64,000 nucleotides of DNA. Origin: a virus (taxonomy: Duplodnaviria > Caudoviricetes). A program made the position numbers and the translations under genes. A model generated the notes under the pieces. That model saw nothing but the letters and a program-made list of their open reading frames with translations. It searched no databases and was not told where the DNA came from. The stretch covers positions 1 through 64,000 of IMG/VR virus record IMGVR_UViG_3300049988_000118. One strand, 5' to 3'. This document shows positions 19,282 through 28,753 of this stretch, in pieces. How positions within the stretch are numbered: the stretch's first letter is position 1; each line of letters starts with the position of its first letter.

Positions 19282-19863
19282 ATGACCGGCCTGACGTTCT
19301 CTGGCGGTGGTGTGCTCCAGCGCTTTGCAGGTCAGCTCGACGAGCTCGGTGCCCGCGCCCCTGTCGCCCTGGCCCGCGCCCTCAACCACACTGGCGCCAA
19401 GGCCAAGACAGCGGTTATCCGAAACCTCGTCGTTCAGACCGGACTGAAGCGCTCGACCATCGTGCGCGCGGTCCGGACGAACAGGGCCGCAGGACCGTCT
19501 GGCCTCACCAGCTACGGCGGCAGCCTCACCTACACGCTGACGACCACTGGCGGTGATATCAGCCTCAAGTTCTTCGGAGCGAAGGAGACCAAAGCTGGCG
19601 TCTCGGCTGCACCTCGTGGGCGCCGTCAGGTCTTCTCCGGCACGTTCACAAAGGGCGGTCGCTTCCCGAACCGTAGGGGGTCGGTCAGCGGCGGCCACGT
19701 GTTCAGCAACATCGGCGGCCGTGCTGTCCGGTTCGAGAACTCCGGCGTGGTCATCCCCGACGAGATGATCCAGGGCGCTACGGCCGCGGCCTTCGACAAG
19801 ATTATGGGGGACGAGCTTGAGGCTCGCATCGCCCACGACATCGGCACGTTCCTCGGTGGGTAG
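19282..19863 (+). CDS. Lambda gpZ-like minor tail protein
   Basis: ALARALNHTGAKAKTAVIRNLVVQTGLKRSTIVRAV pattern typical of Minor_tail_Z. Confidence 0.65.
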   Translation: MTGLTFSGGGVLQRFAGQLDELGARAPVALARALNHTGAKAKTAVIRNLVVQTGLKRSTIVRAVRTNRAAGPSGLTSYGGSLTYTLTTTGGDISLKFFGAKETKAGVSAAPRGRRQVFSGTFTKGGRFPNRRGSVSGGHVFSNIGGRAVRFENSGVVIPDEMIQGATAAAFDKIMGDELEARIAHDIGTFLGG

Positions 19864-19964
19864 GCCCTCCGACCCCGCCCCGCATGCTGCGCCTCACTAC
19901 CGCAGCGCACAATGGGTCCTCCGGAGACACCCCACCCCTCTGCGGGCAGAGTTGCTCCCGACTT
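19844..19964 (+). repeat. Prophage cos region (cosQ-like GGGTCCT + cosN-like dyad); copy 1 of a 121-bp exact repeat
   Basis: GGGTCCT at 19914-19920, 17 bp before the dyad CTCTGC-GG-GCAGAG (19938-19951), just upstream of terS; identical to 29454-29574. Confidence 0.85.
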
Positions 19965-20009
19965 CTGCCTCCCTGCAGGTCCGAAATTATAGGTGAACGA
20001 GCGAACGAA

Positions 20010-20621
20010 ATGGCCGAACTCATCAGCCTGAGCGAGCTGGCTCGGCGCCTCGGCCGGGCCAAGTCCGGCCTCCACAAGCTCGCGGCCAACGGGCAGATTC
20101 CGAAGGGGGGCGACGGCAAGTTCGACGAGGCGGCCGTGCGCGAGGCGCTCGCCGCCAACACCGATCCGTCCCGCCAATCGGAGCCGTTCACGACTGTTCA
20201 CGGAACAGAGAACGCTGAGAACGGTGAACGCCCGGCCGCGCTGGCCGCCGTCGTTGCCCAAGCCACCGTCGAGGCTCACCTCGCCACCACCCGCGTCCGC
20301 GAGATCCTGGCGGCCGAGGGCGTTGTCATCGCCGCCGACGAGCCGCTCACATTCAACCATGCCCGGACCGCCGAGAAGATCGTCCAGACCTGGGAGCGCG
20401 ACCGAGCGCATGCCGAGGCCGCCGGCCGGATGATCGACGCAGCGGTCGCAGAGCGTCGATGGGCAGACGAGATGGTGAAGTTCAGGGCTCGGCTTCTCGC
20501 GATCGCGGGCAAGGTCGCGATGCAGCTGTCCCACCTCACCCCGCACGAGGTGCAGGCAATCGACCAGGTGGTGCGGGATACGATGACGGACGCGGCGGGG
20601 GACGATGACGACGCTGCTTGA
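20010..20621 (+). CDS. terS: Terminase small subunit (Nu1-like)
   Basis: N-terminal wHTH (ISLSELARRLGRAKSGLHKLAANGQIP), coiled coil, overlaps terL. Confidence 0.85.
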   Translation: MAELISLSELARRLGRAKSGLHKLAANGQIPKGGDGKFDEAAVREALAANTDPSRQSEPFTTVHGTENAENGERPAALAAVVAQATVEAHLATTRVREILAAEGVVIAADEPLTFNHARTAEKIVQTWERDRAHAEAAGRMIDAAVAERRWADEMVKFRARLLAIAGKVAMQLSHLTPHEVQAIDQVVRDTMTDAAGDDDDAA

Positions 20622-22506
20622 CCGCACCGTCGCCTTAGCGCTCCGCAAGGTCCGTCCCCCGCCCCGCCTGCCCCTGTCGCAATGGATCGAGGCCGGCAAG
20701 AAGAAGGGCCTGTGCCTGCCGGAGGGACTGGTCGCCGACCCCGGCCCCGTCCGTCTCTGGGCGTTCCAGCGAGAGATTGCCGACGCCATCGGCGATCCGA
20801 CCATCCCGCGGGTGACCGTCAAGAAATGCGTCCGCGTCGGCTACACCACCATCCTGGTCGGTGCGATTGCGGGCCACGTCGTCAACGAGCCGGCGCCGAT
20901 CATGGTGCTGCTGCCCACCGACGACAGCTGCCGCGACTTCGTGGTGTCCGACCTCGAGCCGATCTTCGATTCGAGCGCGGTCGTTGCCGGCATCCTCGCG
21001 ACAGATGCGGACGAGACCGGCCGCAACACGATGATGTACCGCCGCTTCCCCGGCGGCTCGCTCAAGATCAAGGCTGCCCGGTCGCCGCGCAACCTTCGGG
21101 CTCACACGGTCCGCGTCCTGCTGATCGACGAAGAGGATGCGATCGAGGTCACGGCGGAGGGCGACGCCCTCACGCTGGCGATCAACCGGACGCTGACCTT
21201 CTCCAACCGCAAGATCGTCCGCGGCTCGACCCCGAAGGACGAAGACACCTCGACGATCTGCCGGGAGTACGATGCCAGCGACCGCCGGATCTATGAGATC
21301 CAGTGCGTCGAATGCGAGAAGTTCGCCGAGCCGAAATGGTCCCACATGGAGTGGGACAAGGAGAAGGACGCCCAGGGTCGGACGATCCGCCATCTGACCG
21401 AGACCGCGAAGTGGGCCTGCCCGAACTGTGGGGTGATGATCCCGGAGCGGCGCAAGGCCGAGATGGTCACGAAGGGCCGATGGCGCGCAACCCGTCCGGA
21501 GGTGAAGGGCCACGCTGGCTTCGCCCTGTCGGCTCTGATCTCGCCTCACGTCAACGCGTCCTGGTCGGAATTGGCGGCCGAGTACGTGGCGGCCTCCGGT
21601 CAGCCGGATCTGCTGCGCACCTTCCACAACACGAAGCTGGGCGAGGGCTGGTCCGAGAGCGTCGACCAGACCACCGCCGATGCGCTGGCCGACCGGGTCG
21701 AGGCCTTCGGTCTCAACATTGAGGTGCCGGACCCGAACGCGCCGGGCGGCAAGCGGATCCTGACAATTCCCGAGGCGGTCCTGCTCATAACCGCCGGCGT
21801 CGACGTCCAGCCGGACCGCCTCGAAATCTCGATCTACGGCTGGGACCGCGATGGCGTCGCCTATGCGCTCGGCCACTTCGTCCTCTGGGGCAACACGCTG
21901 GAGGGTTTTGTCTGGCGCGAGCTCGACGAGTTGCTGCTCCAGCGCTGGGTTCACCCGTTCAGCGGCAAGATCGGCATCGAAGTTACCTGCGTCGATTCCG
22001 GCGACGGCGGCACGACGGAGGCGGTCTACGGATTCTGCTGGCCAAAGCTGAAGCGCGGAGTCCTGCCAATCAAGGGCATGGGCGGACGCCGGGCGATCAT
22101 CGAAGCGTCCAAGGGCACGGTCTCGGGCGGCGCGCTCGGCGGTAAGGGCCGGCTTTGGATCGTTGGCGTCGACGAGGTGAAGCAGATCCTCCTAACCAAG
22201 TTCTCCCGGTATCCGGATCAGGTCCGGTTCTCGGAAAGCCTGCCGCTGTCGTGGTTCTCGCAGCTGACGTCCGAGCGTCGCATCGTAAAGCGCGTAGGTG
22301 GCCGACCGGTGCGGAAGTTCGAGCGGCTGAAGGGTGAGGCCGCCGAAGCGCTTGACGCCACTGTCTACGCTTTCGCCGCCCGCTACGTCCTGCCGCCGAT
22401 CGATTTTGATGCACGCGAGAAGCGCCTTCGTGATCCTAGCTTTGCGCCGCTCGCGCCGACTGCGCCGCCACGTGACGTGCGTCGATCTAAGTACATGGAG
22501 CGCTGA
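20605..22506 (+). CDS. terL: Terminase large subunit, lambda GpA family
   Basis: VTVKKCVRVGYT, LIDEED, RGSTPK, CVEC..CPNC, TAGVDVQPDRLE. Confidence 0.95.
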   Translation: MTTLLDRTVALALRKVRPPPRLPLSQWIEAGKKKGLCLPEGLVADPGPVRLWAFQREIADAIGDPTIPRVTVKKCVRVGYTTILVGAIAGHVVNEPAPIMVLLPTDDSCRDFVVSDLEPIFDSSAVVAGILATDADETGRNTMMYRRFPGGSLKIKAARSPRNLRAHTVRVLLIDEEDAIEVTAEGDALTLAINRTLTFSNRKIVRGSTPKDEDTSTICREYDASDRRIYEIQCVECEKFAEPKWSHMEWDKEKDAQGRTIRHLTETAKWACPNCGVMIPERRKAEMVTKGRWRATRPEVKGHAGFALSALISPHVNASWSELAAEYVAASGQPDLLRTFHNTKLGEGWSESVDQTTADALADRVEAFGLNIEVPDPNAPGGKRILTIPEAVLLITAGVDVQPDRLEISIYGWDRDGVAYALGHFVLWGNTLEGFVWRELDELLLQRWVHPFSGKIGIEVTCVDSGDGGTTEAVYGFCWPKLKRGVLPIKGMGGRRAIIEASKGTVSGGALGGKGRLWIVGVDEVKQILLTKFSRYPDQVRFSESLPLSWFSQLTSERRIVKRVGGRPVRKFERLKGEAAEALDATVYAFAARYVLPPIDFDAREKRLRDPSFAPLAPTAPPRDVRRSKYMER

Positions 22507-22508
22507 GC

Positions 22509-22763
22509 ATGGCCGGCACTGTGAAGACGCCGGCCGAGATCCGGGCGGACAAGCTCGCCGAGATCGAGCGCATCAACCGGAACCTCACTCGGGGCATCAA
22601 GAAGGTCCGGGAAGAGGATCGCGAGATCGAGCACGTAGATCCGAAATACCTCATCCGCCGGCGCGACGAGCTTCTCGCCGAGACGGGCGGCGCCAACGAG
22701 ACCGGGCCCGAACTAACGGCCCGCGTGCGGCAGGTCCGCATGATCGGGCGAAAGGGATACTGA
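22509..22763 (+). CDS. gpW-like head-tail joining protein
   Basis: Small protein between terL and portal; GIKKVREEDREIEH pattern. Confidence 0.7.
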   Translation: MAGTVKTPAEIRADKLAEIERINRNLTRGIKKVREEDREIEHVDPKYLIRRRDELLAETGGANETGPELTARVRQVRMIGRKGY

Positions 22764-23931
22764 TGGGCCTTCTCAGCCGGATGTTCGGCGGCGCCAAGCG
22801 AGGTGCCGCGCGCGCCTTCTTCGCCCCAGGCTTCGGCTACGAGGGGGCACGCTTTTCGCGCCGGCTTCGCAGCTGGCTGCCGGAGCGCGCCAGCATCAAC
22901 GCGCTGCAGGCGCAGGGCGGCGAGCTTCTCCGCGCCCGCGCCCGCCAGCTGGTGCGCGACAACGCCCTGGCCGCGTCCGCGATCGACACGTGGGTCGGCT
23001 CCGTCGTGGGCGACGGCATCACGCCGTCTCCGACGATCGACGACAAGGCCCTGAAGACGGCCATCAAGGAGGCGTGGCTACGCTGGACCGACGAGGCCGA
23101 TGCCGACGGCCTGACGGATTTCTACGGCCTGCAGGCCCTCGTCGCCCGGTCGATGTTCACCGGTGGCGAGTGCTTCGTCCGGTTTCGGCCTCGCCGGATC
23201 GAGGACGGGTTCAGCGTTCCGCTGCAGCTTCAGATCTACGAGGCCGAGCAGCTGCCGCTGTCCTTCAACGTGCAGCGCTCGGACATCGGCAACGAGATTC
23301 GACACGGCATCGAGTTCGACCGGATCGGCCGGCGCCTCGCCTACCACTTCCTGAAGGTCCGGCCCGGCGACGGCGCCTATGCCTACGGCCTGGAGAATGG
23401 CGATCGCGTGCGCGTGGCGGCTTCCGAGGTCATGCACATCTACCGCCCCCTGGAGGCTGGACAGATCCGAGGGCAGACGCAGCTCGCCGCCGCGATGGTG
23501 CGGATGCACCTGCTCGACAGCTACGATGACGCCGAGCTCGACCGGAAGCGCGTCGCTGCGATGTTCGCAGGCTTCATCAAGAAGAACGCCATCGGCGACC
23601 CGCTCCCGGTCCCGGCCGGGTCCGACGCCTTCGGCGGTTTCGGTGGCGTGGGGGATCAGCCGCCTCCGATGGAGATCGAGCAGACCGTCGCCGACATGGA
23701 ACCGGGCACGATGAACGTGCTCAACCCCGGCGAGGAGATCACGTTCTCGAACCCGGCCGACGTCGGCGGCTCCTACGAAGCCTTCATGTATCGGAACCTG
23801 CTCGCCATCGCGGCGGGGTGTGGCGTTCCCTACGCGGCCATGACCGGCGACCCGAGCAAGGGCAACTTCTCGTCCCAGCGCAGCATCGAGCTCGAATACA
23901 AGCGCCGGGTCTCGCAGTTCCAACATCAGAC
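22763..23931 (+). pseudogene. Lambda-family portal protein, 5' part (interrupted by the satellite)
   Basis: LRARARQLVRDNALA, GECFVR, HGIEFD, QIRG, GNFSSQR motifs; the frame ends at a premature TAA (23957-23959) inside the insert. Confidence 0.95.
23922..23931 (+). repeat. attL core AACATCAGAC
   Basis: Direct repeat with 41812-41821 exactly at the portal breakpoint. Confidence 0.92.
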
Positions 23932-23967
23932 TATGTGCTTTGGGCTAAGCCCTTCGTAAATAACGAG

Positions 23968-23993
23968 AAAGCCGCTTTCGGGCGGCTTTTTCT
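23968..23993 (+). terminator. Rho-independent terminator just inside attL
   Basis: AAAGCCGC-TTTCGG-GCGGCTTT followed by TTCT. Confidence 0.75.
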
Positions 23994-24061
23994 GTGGGCG
24001 CGCGGGTGGCCTGAGAAGTCTGCCTAAGTCGTTGAAGTCCCATGAGGACCGGCGGCGCCAC

Positions 24062-24102
24062 GCGACATGCGCGCGACATTCGATGCGACAACGAACGCGA
24101 CA
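24062..24102 (+). promoter_or_regulatory. Four GCGACA repeats (candidate integrase arm or Xis sites)
   Basis: Copies at 24062, 24073, 24085 and 24097; the same hexamer occurs at 41722 and 41744 near attR. Confidence 0.55.
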
Positions 24103-24116
24103 AAATCGGAGGGCCT

Positions 24117-24329
24117 ATGTCCATGCACCCTGAGCAGGATTTGCTCTACGGCGTCCCTGCCATTGCGACTTTCCTCGGCATCCGGCCACGTCAGGCCAAG
24201 CACCGAGTTGCAACGGGCGAGATCCCCTCGTTCCGCATTGGGGAATCCATCTGCGCTCGCCGCTCAACTCTGACGGCGTGGCTTGCCGAGCGCGAGGCCG
24301 AGGCCCAGCGGAGCCGGTCCAATGCCTGA
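24117..24329 (+). CDS. AlpA/excisionase-like HTH protein
   Basis: LLYGVPAIATFLGIRPRQAKHRVATGEIPSFRIG...LTAWL; first gene inside attL. Confidence 0.8.
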   Translation: MSMHPEQDLLYGVPAIATFLGIRPRQAKHRVATGEIPSFRIGESICARRSTLTAWLAEREAEAQRSRSNA

Positions 24330-24645
24330 CATCGCCAACACCAGCCTGTCCCCGGTCACGGCCAACCCGACCGCCCACCGCAACACTGATGTCGCGCGCT
24401 TCGTCTGCCAGATCGGCGGCATCCGTCTCACGGGTGTCCGGCTGATGCGGATGCCCAACGGCGGCCACTTTGCCCAGCCGCAGTTGCGAACGAAGGGCAG
24501 GGGCACCCCGTCCGTCGGTACGACGATCACCGACCCGAACCTCATGAGCGCCATCACCTACGCGGCGCTCGCCCGCCTCTCCACGACGGACACCGACACG
24601 GCCGACGAAGGCCACAGGCACCGTGCCGTCCGCCGCCGGACTTAA
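24322..24645 (+). CDS. Hypothetical protein, weakly SpoVG-like
   Basis: GIRLTGVRLMRMPNGGHFAQP resembles the SpoVG beta strands. Confidence 0.45.
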   Translation: MPDIANTSLSPVTANPTAHRNTDVARFVCQIGGIRLTGVRLMRMPNGGHFAQPQLRTKGRGTPSVGTTITDPNLMSAITYAALARLSTTDTDTADEGHRHRAVRRRT

Positions 24646-24934
24646 CCCCGACCGCCGAGCCGATCTCGCCGACGAGATCGCCGACCTCCGGCACCGGCTG
24701 GCCTGCATCGAGGCCGAACTAGGCTTAGGCTCGCCAGGATTGGCCCAGGACGGGCGAGACCCGTTCGCCGAGGGCCATCTCACCTTGCAGCGAGCCGCGG
24801 GCGCCTGGGGCGTCACCGACGAGGCGGCGCGGAAGAGGGCGCTTCGTCTCGCATCGCTGGGGATGGCCGAGCGGCGCCGGCCCGGCGGCTGGCGGATCTC
24901 GACAGCCGGTGTACGGTTCTATCTCGGAGGGTGA
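24623..24934 (+). CDS. Hypothetical HTH protein
   Basis: LTLQRAAGAWGVTDEAARKRA HTH-like segment. Confidence 0.55.
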   Translation: MPSAAGLNPDRRADLADEIADLRHRLACIEAELGLGSPGLAQDGRDPFAEGHLTLQRAAGAWGVTDEAARKRALRLASLGMAERRRPGGWRISTAGVRFYLGG

Positions 24935-24937
24935 CCC

Positions 24938-25444
24938 ATGCCGGACTATTCAGCGGAGATCGGCCGGGTGCTGGCCGAGCGCGACGGCGTGGATCCGCAC
25001 GGGGACATCGCCGTGATGACCCGGGCGCTGATGAAGCGATTCCCCGGCGTCACCACCGAGATGATCTTGCGCGGTTGGGAGATCGCACGGGAGATCATCG
25101 CCACCGACGCCAGGATGGCACCGAGCGTCCGGAAGGTGCCGGTGGTGTTCGGGGAGCCGACCTTGGCTTGGCGTTGCACGGAGCTGGATCGGCTGTGGCT
25201 GAGCGCCAACGGCCGCGCCTACTTCATCCGCCCCGCGCTTGAAAACGAGACCTGGACCCTCGGAAAAAGCCTCCCCGCCGGCATGACCGCTCTTGCAATC
25301 GTCCGGGGCACCGATGGGTCGACGATCGCCTTCGCGTGCCGCGACCCCAGCGCGCTGACCGAAGCCTCGGACGATGCCCTTGCCGGCGTGTTCGATGACG
25401 AGATCGACGCGGCCGTCGAGCGGACCGCGCGCGGGCCGGAATGA
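24938..25444 (+). CDS. Hypothetical protein
   Basis: 168-aa ORF with GGAGG RBS. Confidence 0.6.
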   Translation: MPDYSAEIGRVLAERDGVDPHGDIAVMTRALMKRFPGVTTEMILRGWEIAREIIATDARMAPSVRKVPVVFGEPTLAWRCTELDRLWLSANGRAYFIRPALENETWTLGKSLPAGMTALAIVRGTDGSTIAFACRDPSALTEASDDALAGVFDDEIDAAVERTARGPE

Positions 25445-25557
25445 TGGCTCGCGCACGTCAGCGGGCAGGAGAATGGCCCGCCGGAGCTGGCGATAGGTTT
25501 TAGCCCCGGCAGGTAGCGGGTGCGGGGGAAAGCACTCTTGCGGTGATTCCGAGACAG

Positions 25558-25992
25558 CTAGACGGCCGTACCGTCGAACCACGCCAGGACGCGTCCTTCC
25601 AGCAACCCGCGGAAGAGTTCGTAATCACTTGAGGCATATTTCGGCCCGCGACCGGAGGATCTTCCGTTGATCCATGGGTCTTCAGTGCCAATACTGTTTT
25701 CCCACAATCCAAATGCGAAGGCGGTCTGCTTGCAATTTGGGTCGGTCAACGTAACCGTTACGGTAATGCAGCCGCTTACGCCCTCGGCGCGGGCACTCGT
25801 ATATTTCAGATTGCTCGTCTCTGTCGGGTCGCTCGCCGAGATAGCATCAGCCATAGCATTCAGATCATTGAAGATAAAATGATACTTCTGCATTATATGA
25901 GCTTCGAGGCCGGCGCGAGCGACTGGCTCGAATCTGTTAATGTACCGCGCAATACTTGTTCGAAACTCTGAGTAATCCCGCTCGTTAGCCAT
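25558..25992 (-). CDS. Hypothetical cargo protein (low GC)
   Basis: Antisense, AT-richer than its flanks; AAGGAG RBS before MANER. Confidence 0.6.
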   Translation of the reverse strand: MANERDYSEFRTSIARYINRFEPVARAGLEAHIMQKYHFIFNDLNAMADAISASDPTETSNLKYTSARAEGVSGCITVTVTLTDPNCKQTAFAFGLWENSIGTEDPWINGRSSGRGPKYASSDYELFRGLLEGRVLAWFDGTAV

Positions 25993-26058
25993 ACTCACTC
26001 CTTCGGCGCCGGCACCCATACCGCGCTCTGCTTCCCATTCATATCGGAGCATCTCAGC

Positions 26059-26457
26059 ATGCCGAAGTCGAGACGCCGCCCGCAAGCGGCCGATTCCGCG
26101 CGCCTGCCCGTCGTCCCCGAGGACTTCGAGGCGGTGACTGAGGCGGATCGCCGGTTCTTCCTACGGTATCCGCAGCGGTCCTATCGGGTTCGGCATACAA
26201 GCCGGGCAGAGATAGACCAGGGCGCACGCGCCGGCAGTGCGTTCGAGGCGCCTTACGCCAAGTTCCGCTGGTTCACCGCGATCCGACAGGTGGCGCCGGG
26301 GTGTCGGCTGCGTGTGTATCTCCAGGCGCCCGCGCTGTGCGAGACGGACATACCGGAAGCACTGGCGGCCGATATCTACCATCGGTTCGAGGGGCAAAGC
26401 GCTCGCGACACGACAATTCTTATGATGGATGCCCTGAGAAAGGCGGGCGCCCTATGA
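26059..26457 (+). CDS. Hypothetical protein upstream of satellite primase
   Basis: 132-aa ORF, ATGA-coupled to the primase. Confidence 0.6.
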   Translation: MPKSRRRPQAADSARLPVVPEDFEAVTEADRRFFLRYPQRSYRVRHTSRAEIDQGARAGSAFEAPYAKFRWFTAIRQVAPGCRLRVYLQAPALCETDIPEALAADIYHRFEGQSARDTTILMMDALRKAGAL

Positions 26458-28751
26458 CGACCGCCGCCGCGGGTGAGCGCCCGCCGAAACCCGCCTATCA
26501 GCCCTTCACCGGCCTGCCGGACTTGCCGGCGCTGTGCGAGATGCGCGCCCGGCCTCAGTGGCTTGCCTGGGACTACGTGTGGCGCCCGGAAAAGGCGAAG
26601 TGGGACAAGCCCCCAATGAACGCCCGGACGGGCGGGGCCGGCTCGTCAACCGACGCCTCGACGTGGTCCACCTATGACCAGGCCGCGGCGCGTGCCTCTC
26701 GTGAGGGGCTGCCAGGCGTCGGCTACGTCCTGTCGCCGGAGGTCGAGGACAGCGGTGTCGACCTCGACAAGTGCCGCGATCCCGAGACGGGTATACTTCA
26801 GGCATGGGCGCAGGTGGCCGTCGATTTCGCCGAGACCTACACCGAGGTGTCGCCGTCCGGTCGCGGGCTGCGCTTCTTCGTCAAGGGGTTAGTCGACGGT
26901 CGCAAGATCGATGCGGCCCAAGTGGAGATCTACACCAAGGGCCGATACCTGACCGTCACCGGGCAGCATATCCCTGGCACGCCCACGGAGATTCGGGAGG
27001 CGCCCCGGCTCATCGCCTACCTTCAGGAGCGCGCCGACCAGTTCCGAGAGGTCGAGCGTGCCGCCGCTGATCGCGCCCGAGAGAACGAGCGCAAGAAGGC
27101 CGAGAAGCATGCCGCCCGCGAGCCCCGCCCTGAGCCGGGCCCGACAGTCAGCGAGCGGGCCTCGGCGAGCGCTCGGCAGCGTGGTCCGCGCGAGGGCGGC
27201 GACTTCTGGCGAACCGTCAACGACCGCGCCCTTGCGAACCTTGGCGCATGGGTCCCGAGCGTGTTCCCCGGCGCCCGTTGGCAGGCTGGCACAGGCGCCT
27301 ACCGCGTTGAGCAAAGCGCGCTTGGCGAGGGCTACGAGGAAGACCTGTCCCTGCACCCGGACGGCATTCGGGACTTTGGCAGCGGTGACATGGGAGACTC
27401 GCGCGACGGCGCGCGGACGCCGATCGACGTGGTGGAAGCCTACCTGCCGGCGAGCGACGCCGCGGCGGCGGCCATGTGGCTGTGCGATCGGCTCGGCATC
27501 CGGCCCGAGGACATCGGGTGGCGTGGCGGGCGTAACGAGGGTGCGGAGCGCCCGCGGTACGAGGGGCCCCAATCCGATCCGGGCCCCACCGCCGAGTCGC
27601 CGCCGGCATTCCGGGCGCGTCCGTTCGTGTGGAAGGACCCGCACACCCTGCCGATGCGCGAATGGCTTCTCGGCCGGCACCTGATCCGAAAATACACGAG
27701 CGCCACCGTCTCGCCGGGTGGCCTGGGCAAGTCGTCCATCATCATCGTGGACGCGCTGGCCCTCGTGACGGGTCGCAACCTCATCGGACACCAGCCGCAT
27801 GGACGTCACCGGGCGATGATCTGGAACGGCGAAGACCCGATGGACGAATTGCAGAAGCGCATCACGGCGGCCTGCCTCTATTTCGAGATCGACCGGACCG
27901 AGATCGAGGGGCGCTTGTTCGTCAACTCCGGACGCGACGACCCGATCACGGTGGCGAGAATGCACAGGGGTGACGTGGTGATTGCCGTGCCGGTGGTGGA
28001 CGCTCTTAAGGCGACCATCTTGGCGAACGAGATCGACGTCGTGTTCGTGGACCCGTTCGTGTCCTGCCATGAGGTGACGGAGAACGACAACAACGCCATT
28101 GATCGTGTGGCGAAGCTGTGGGGCCGGATCGCAGGCGAAACGAATTGCAGCATCGAGCTCGTCCACCATTCGCGGAAAACCGGCGGCGCCGAGATCACCG
28201 TCGAGGACGCGCGCGGCGCCGTGGCTTTGCTCGCCGCGGTTCGCTCGGCCCGGACCCTCAACGGCATGCAAAGGGACGAGGCTGAGAAGTGGGGTATTAC
28301 GGATCGCGGGCTGTATTTCCGAGTGGACAACGGCAAGGCAAATCTCGCCCCGCCGCCGTCTGAAGGCTCGGCGTGGTTCAAGAAGCAATCCGTTTCCCTC
28401 GGCAACGGCGGCAGCGTTGGGAGCATCGTGCTCGACGGTGACAGCGTTGGCGTGGTGGCAGCGTGGGAGCCGCCGAACCCAATGGATGGCGTGTCAGTCG
28501 ATGATCTGAGAAAAGCTCAGGCAGCGACAAGGGAAGGCCGCTGGCGCGAGAACTCACAGGCTCGCGACTGGATCGGCAAGCCGATCGCCTACGCCCTCAG
28601 GCTCGACGCAGACAACAAGGCCGACCGCGCCCGCATCAAAGGGATGCTCGCCGTCTGGATGAAGACTGGCATGTTCGTGGCCGTCACCGGCAAGGACGAC
28701 AAGGCGATGGACCGGACCTTCATTGAGGTTGGCGAGAGCGCAGTCGACTGA
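26454..28751 (+). CDS. Satellite primase-polymerase fused to AAA_25 (RepA/DnaB-like) helicase
   Basis: AEP motifs (DLDKC, EVSPSGRGLR, YLTVTG); Walker A SPGGLGKS, VFVDP, LVHHSRK. Confidence 0.88.
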   Translation: MTTAAAGERPPKPAYQPFTGLPDLPALCEMRARPQWLAWDYVWRPEKAKWDKPPMNARTGGAGSSTDASTWSTYDQAAARASREGLPGVGYVLSPEVEDSGVDLDKCRDPETGILQAWAQVAVDFAETYTEVSPSGRGLRFFVKGLVDGRKIDAAQVEIYTKGRYLTVTGQHIPGTPTEIREAPRLIAYLQERADQFREVERAAADRARENERKKAEKHAAREPRPEPGPTVSERASASARQRGPREGGDFWRTVNDRALANLGAWVPSVFPGARWQAGTGAYRVEQSALGEGYEEDLSLHPDGIRDFGSGDMGDSRDGARTPIDVVEAYLPASDAAAAAMWLCDRLGIRPEDIGWRGGRNEGAERPRYEGPQSDPGPTAESPPAFRARPFVWKDPHTLPMREWLLGRHLIRKYTSATVSPGGLGKSSIIIVDALALVTGRNLIGHQPHGRHRAMIWNGEDPMDELQKRITAACLYFEIDRTEIEGRLFVNSGRDDPITVARMHRGDVVIAVPVVDALKATILANEIDVVFVDPFVSCHEVTENDNNAIDRVAKLWGRIAGETNCSIELVHHSRKTGGAEITVEDARGAVALLAAVRSARTLNGMQRDEAEKWGITDRGLYFRVDNGKANLAPPPSEGSAWFKKQSVSLGNGGSVGSIVLDGDSVGVVAAWEPPNPMDGVSVDDLRKAQAATREGRWRENSQARDWIGKPIAYALRLDADNKADRARIKGMLAVWMKTGMFVAVTGKDDKAMDRTFIEVGESAVD

Positions 28752-28753
28752 GC

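Noticed and set aside
23900-23960. tRNA/tmRNA integration target
   Set aside because: The att core lies within the portal coding sequence; no RNA gene is present at either junction.
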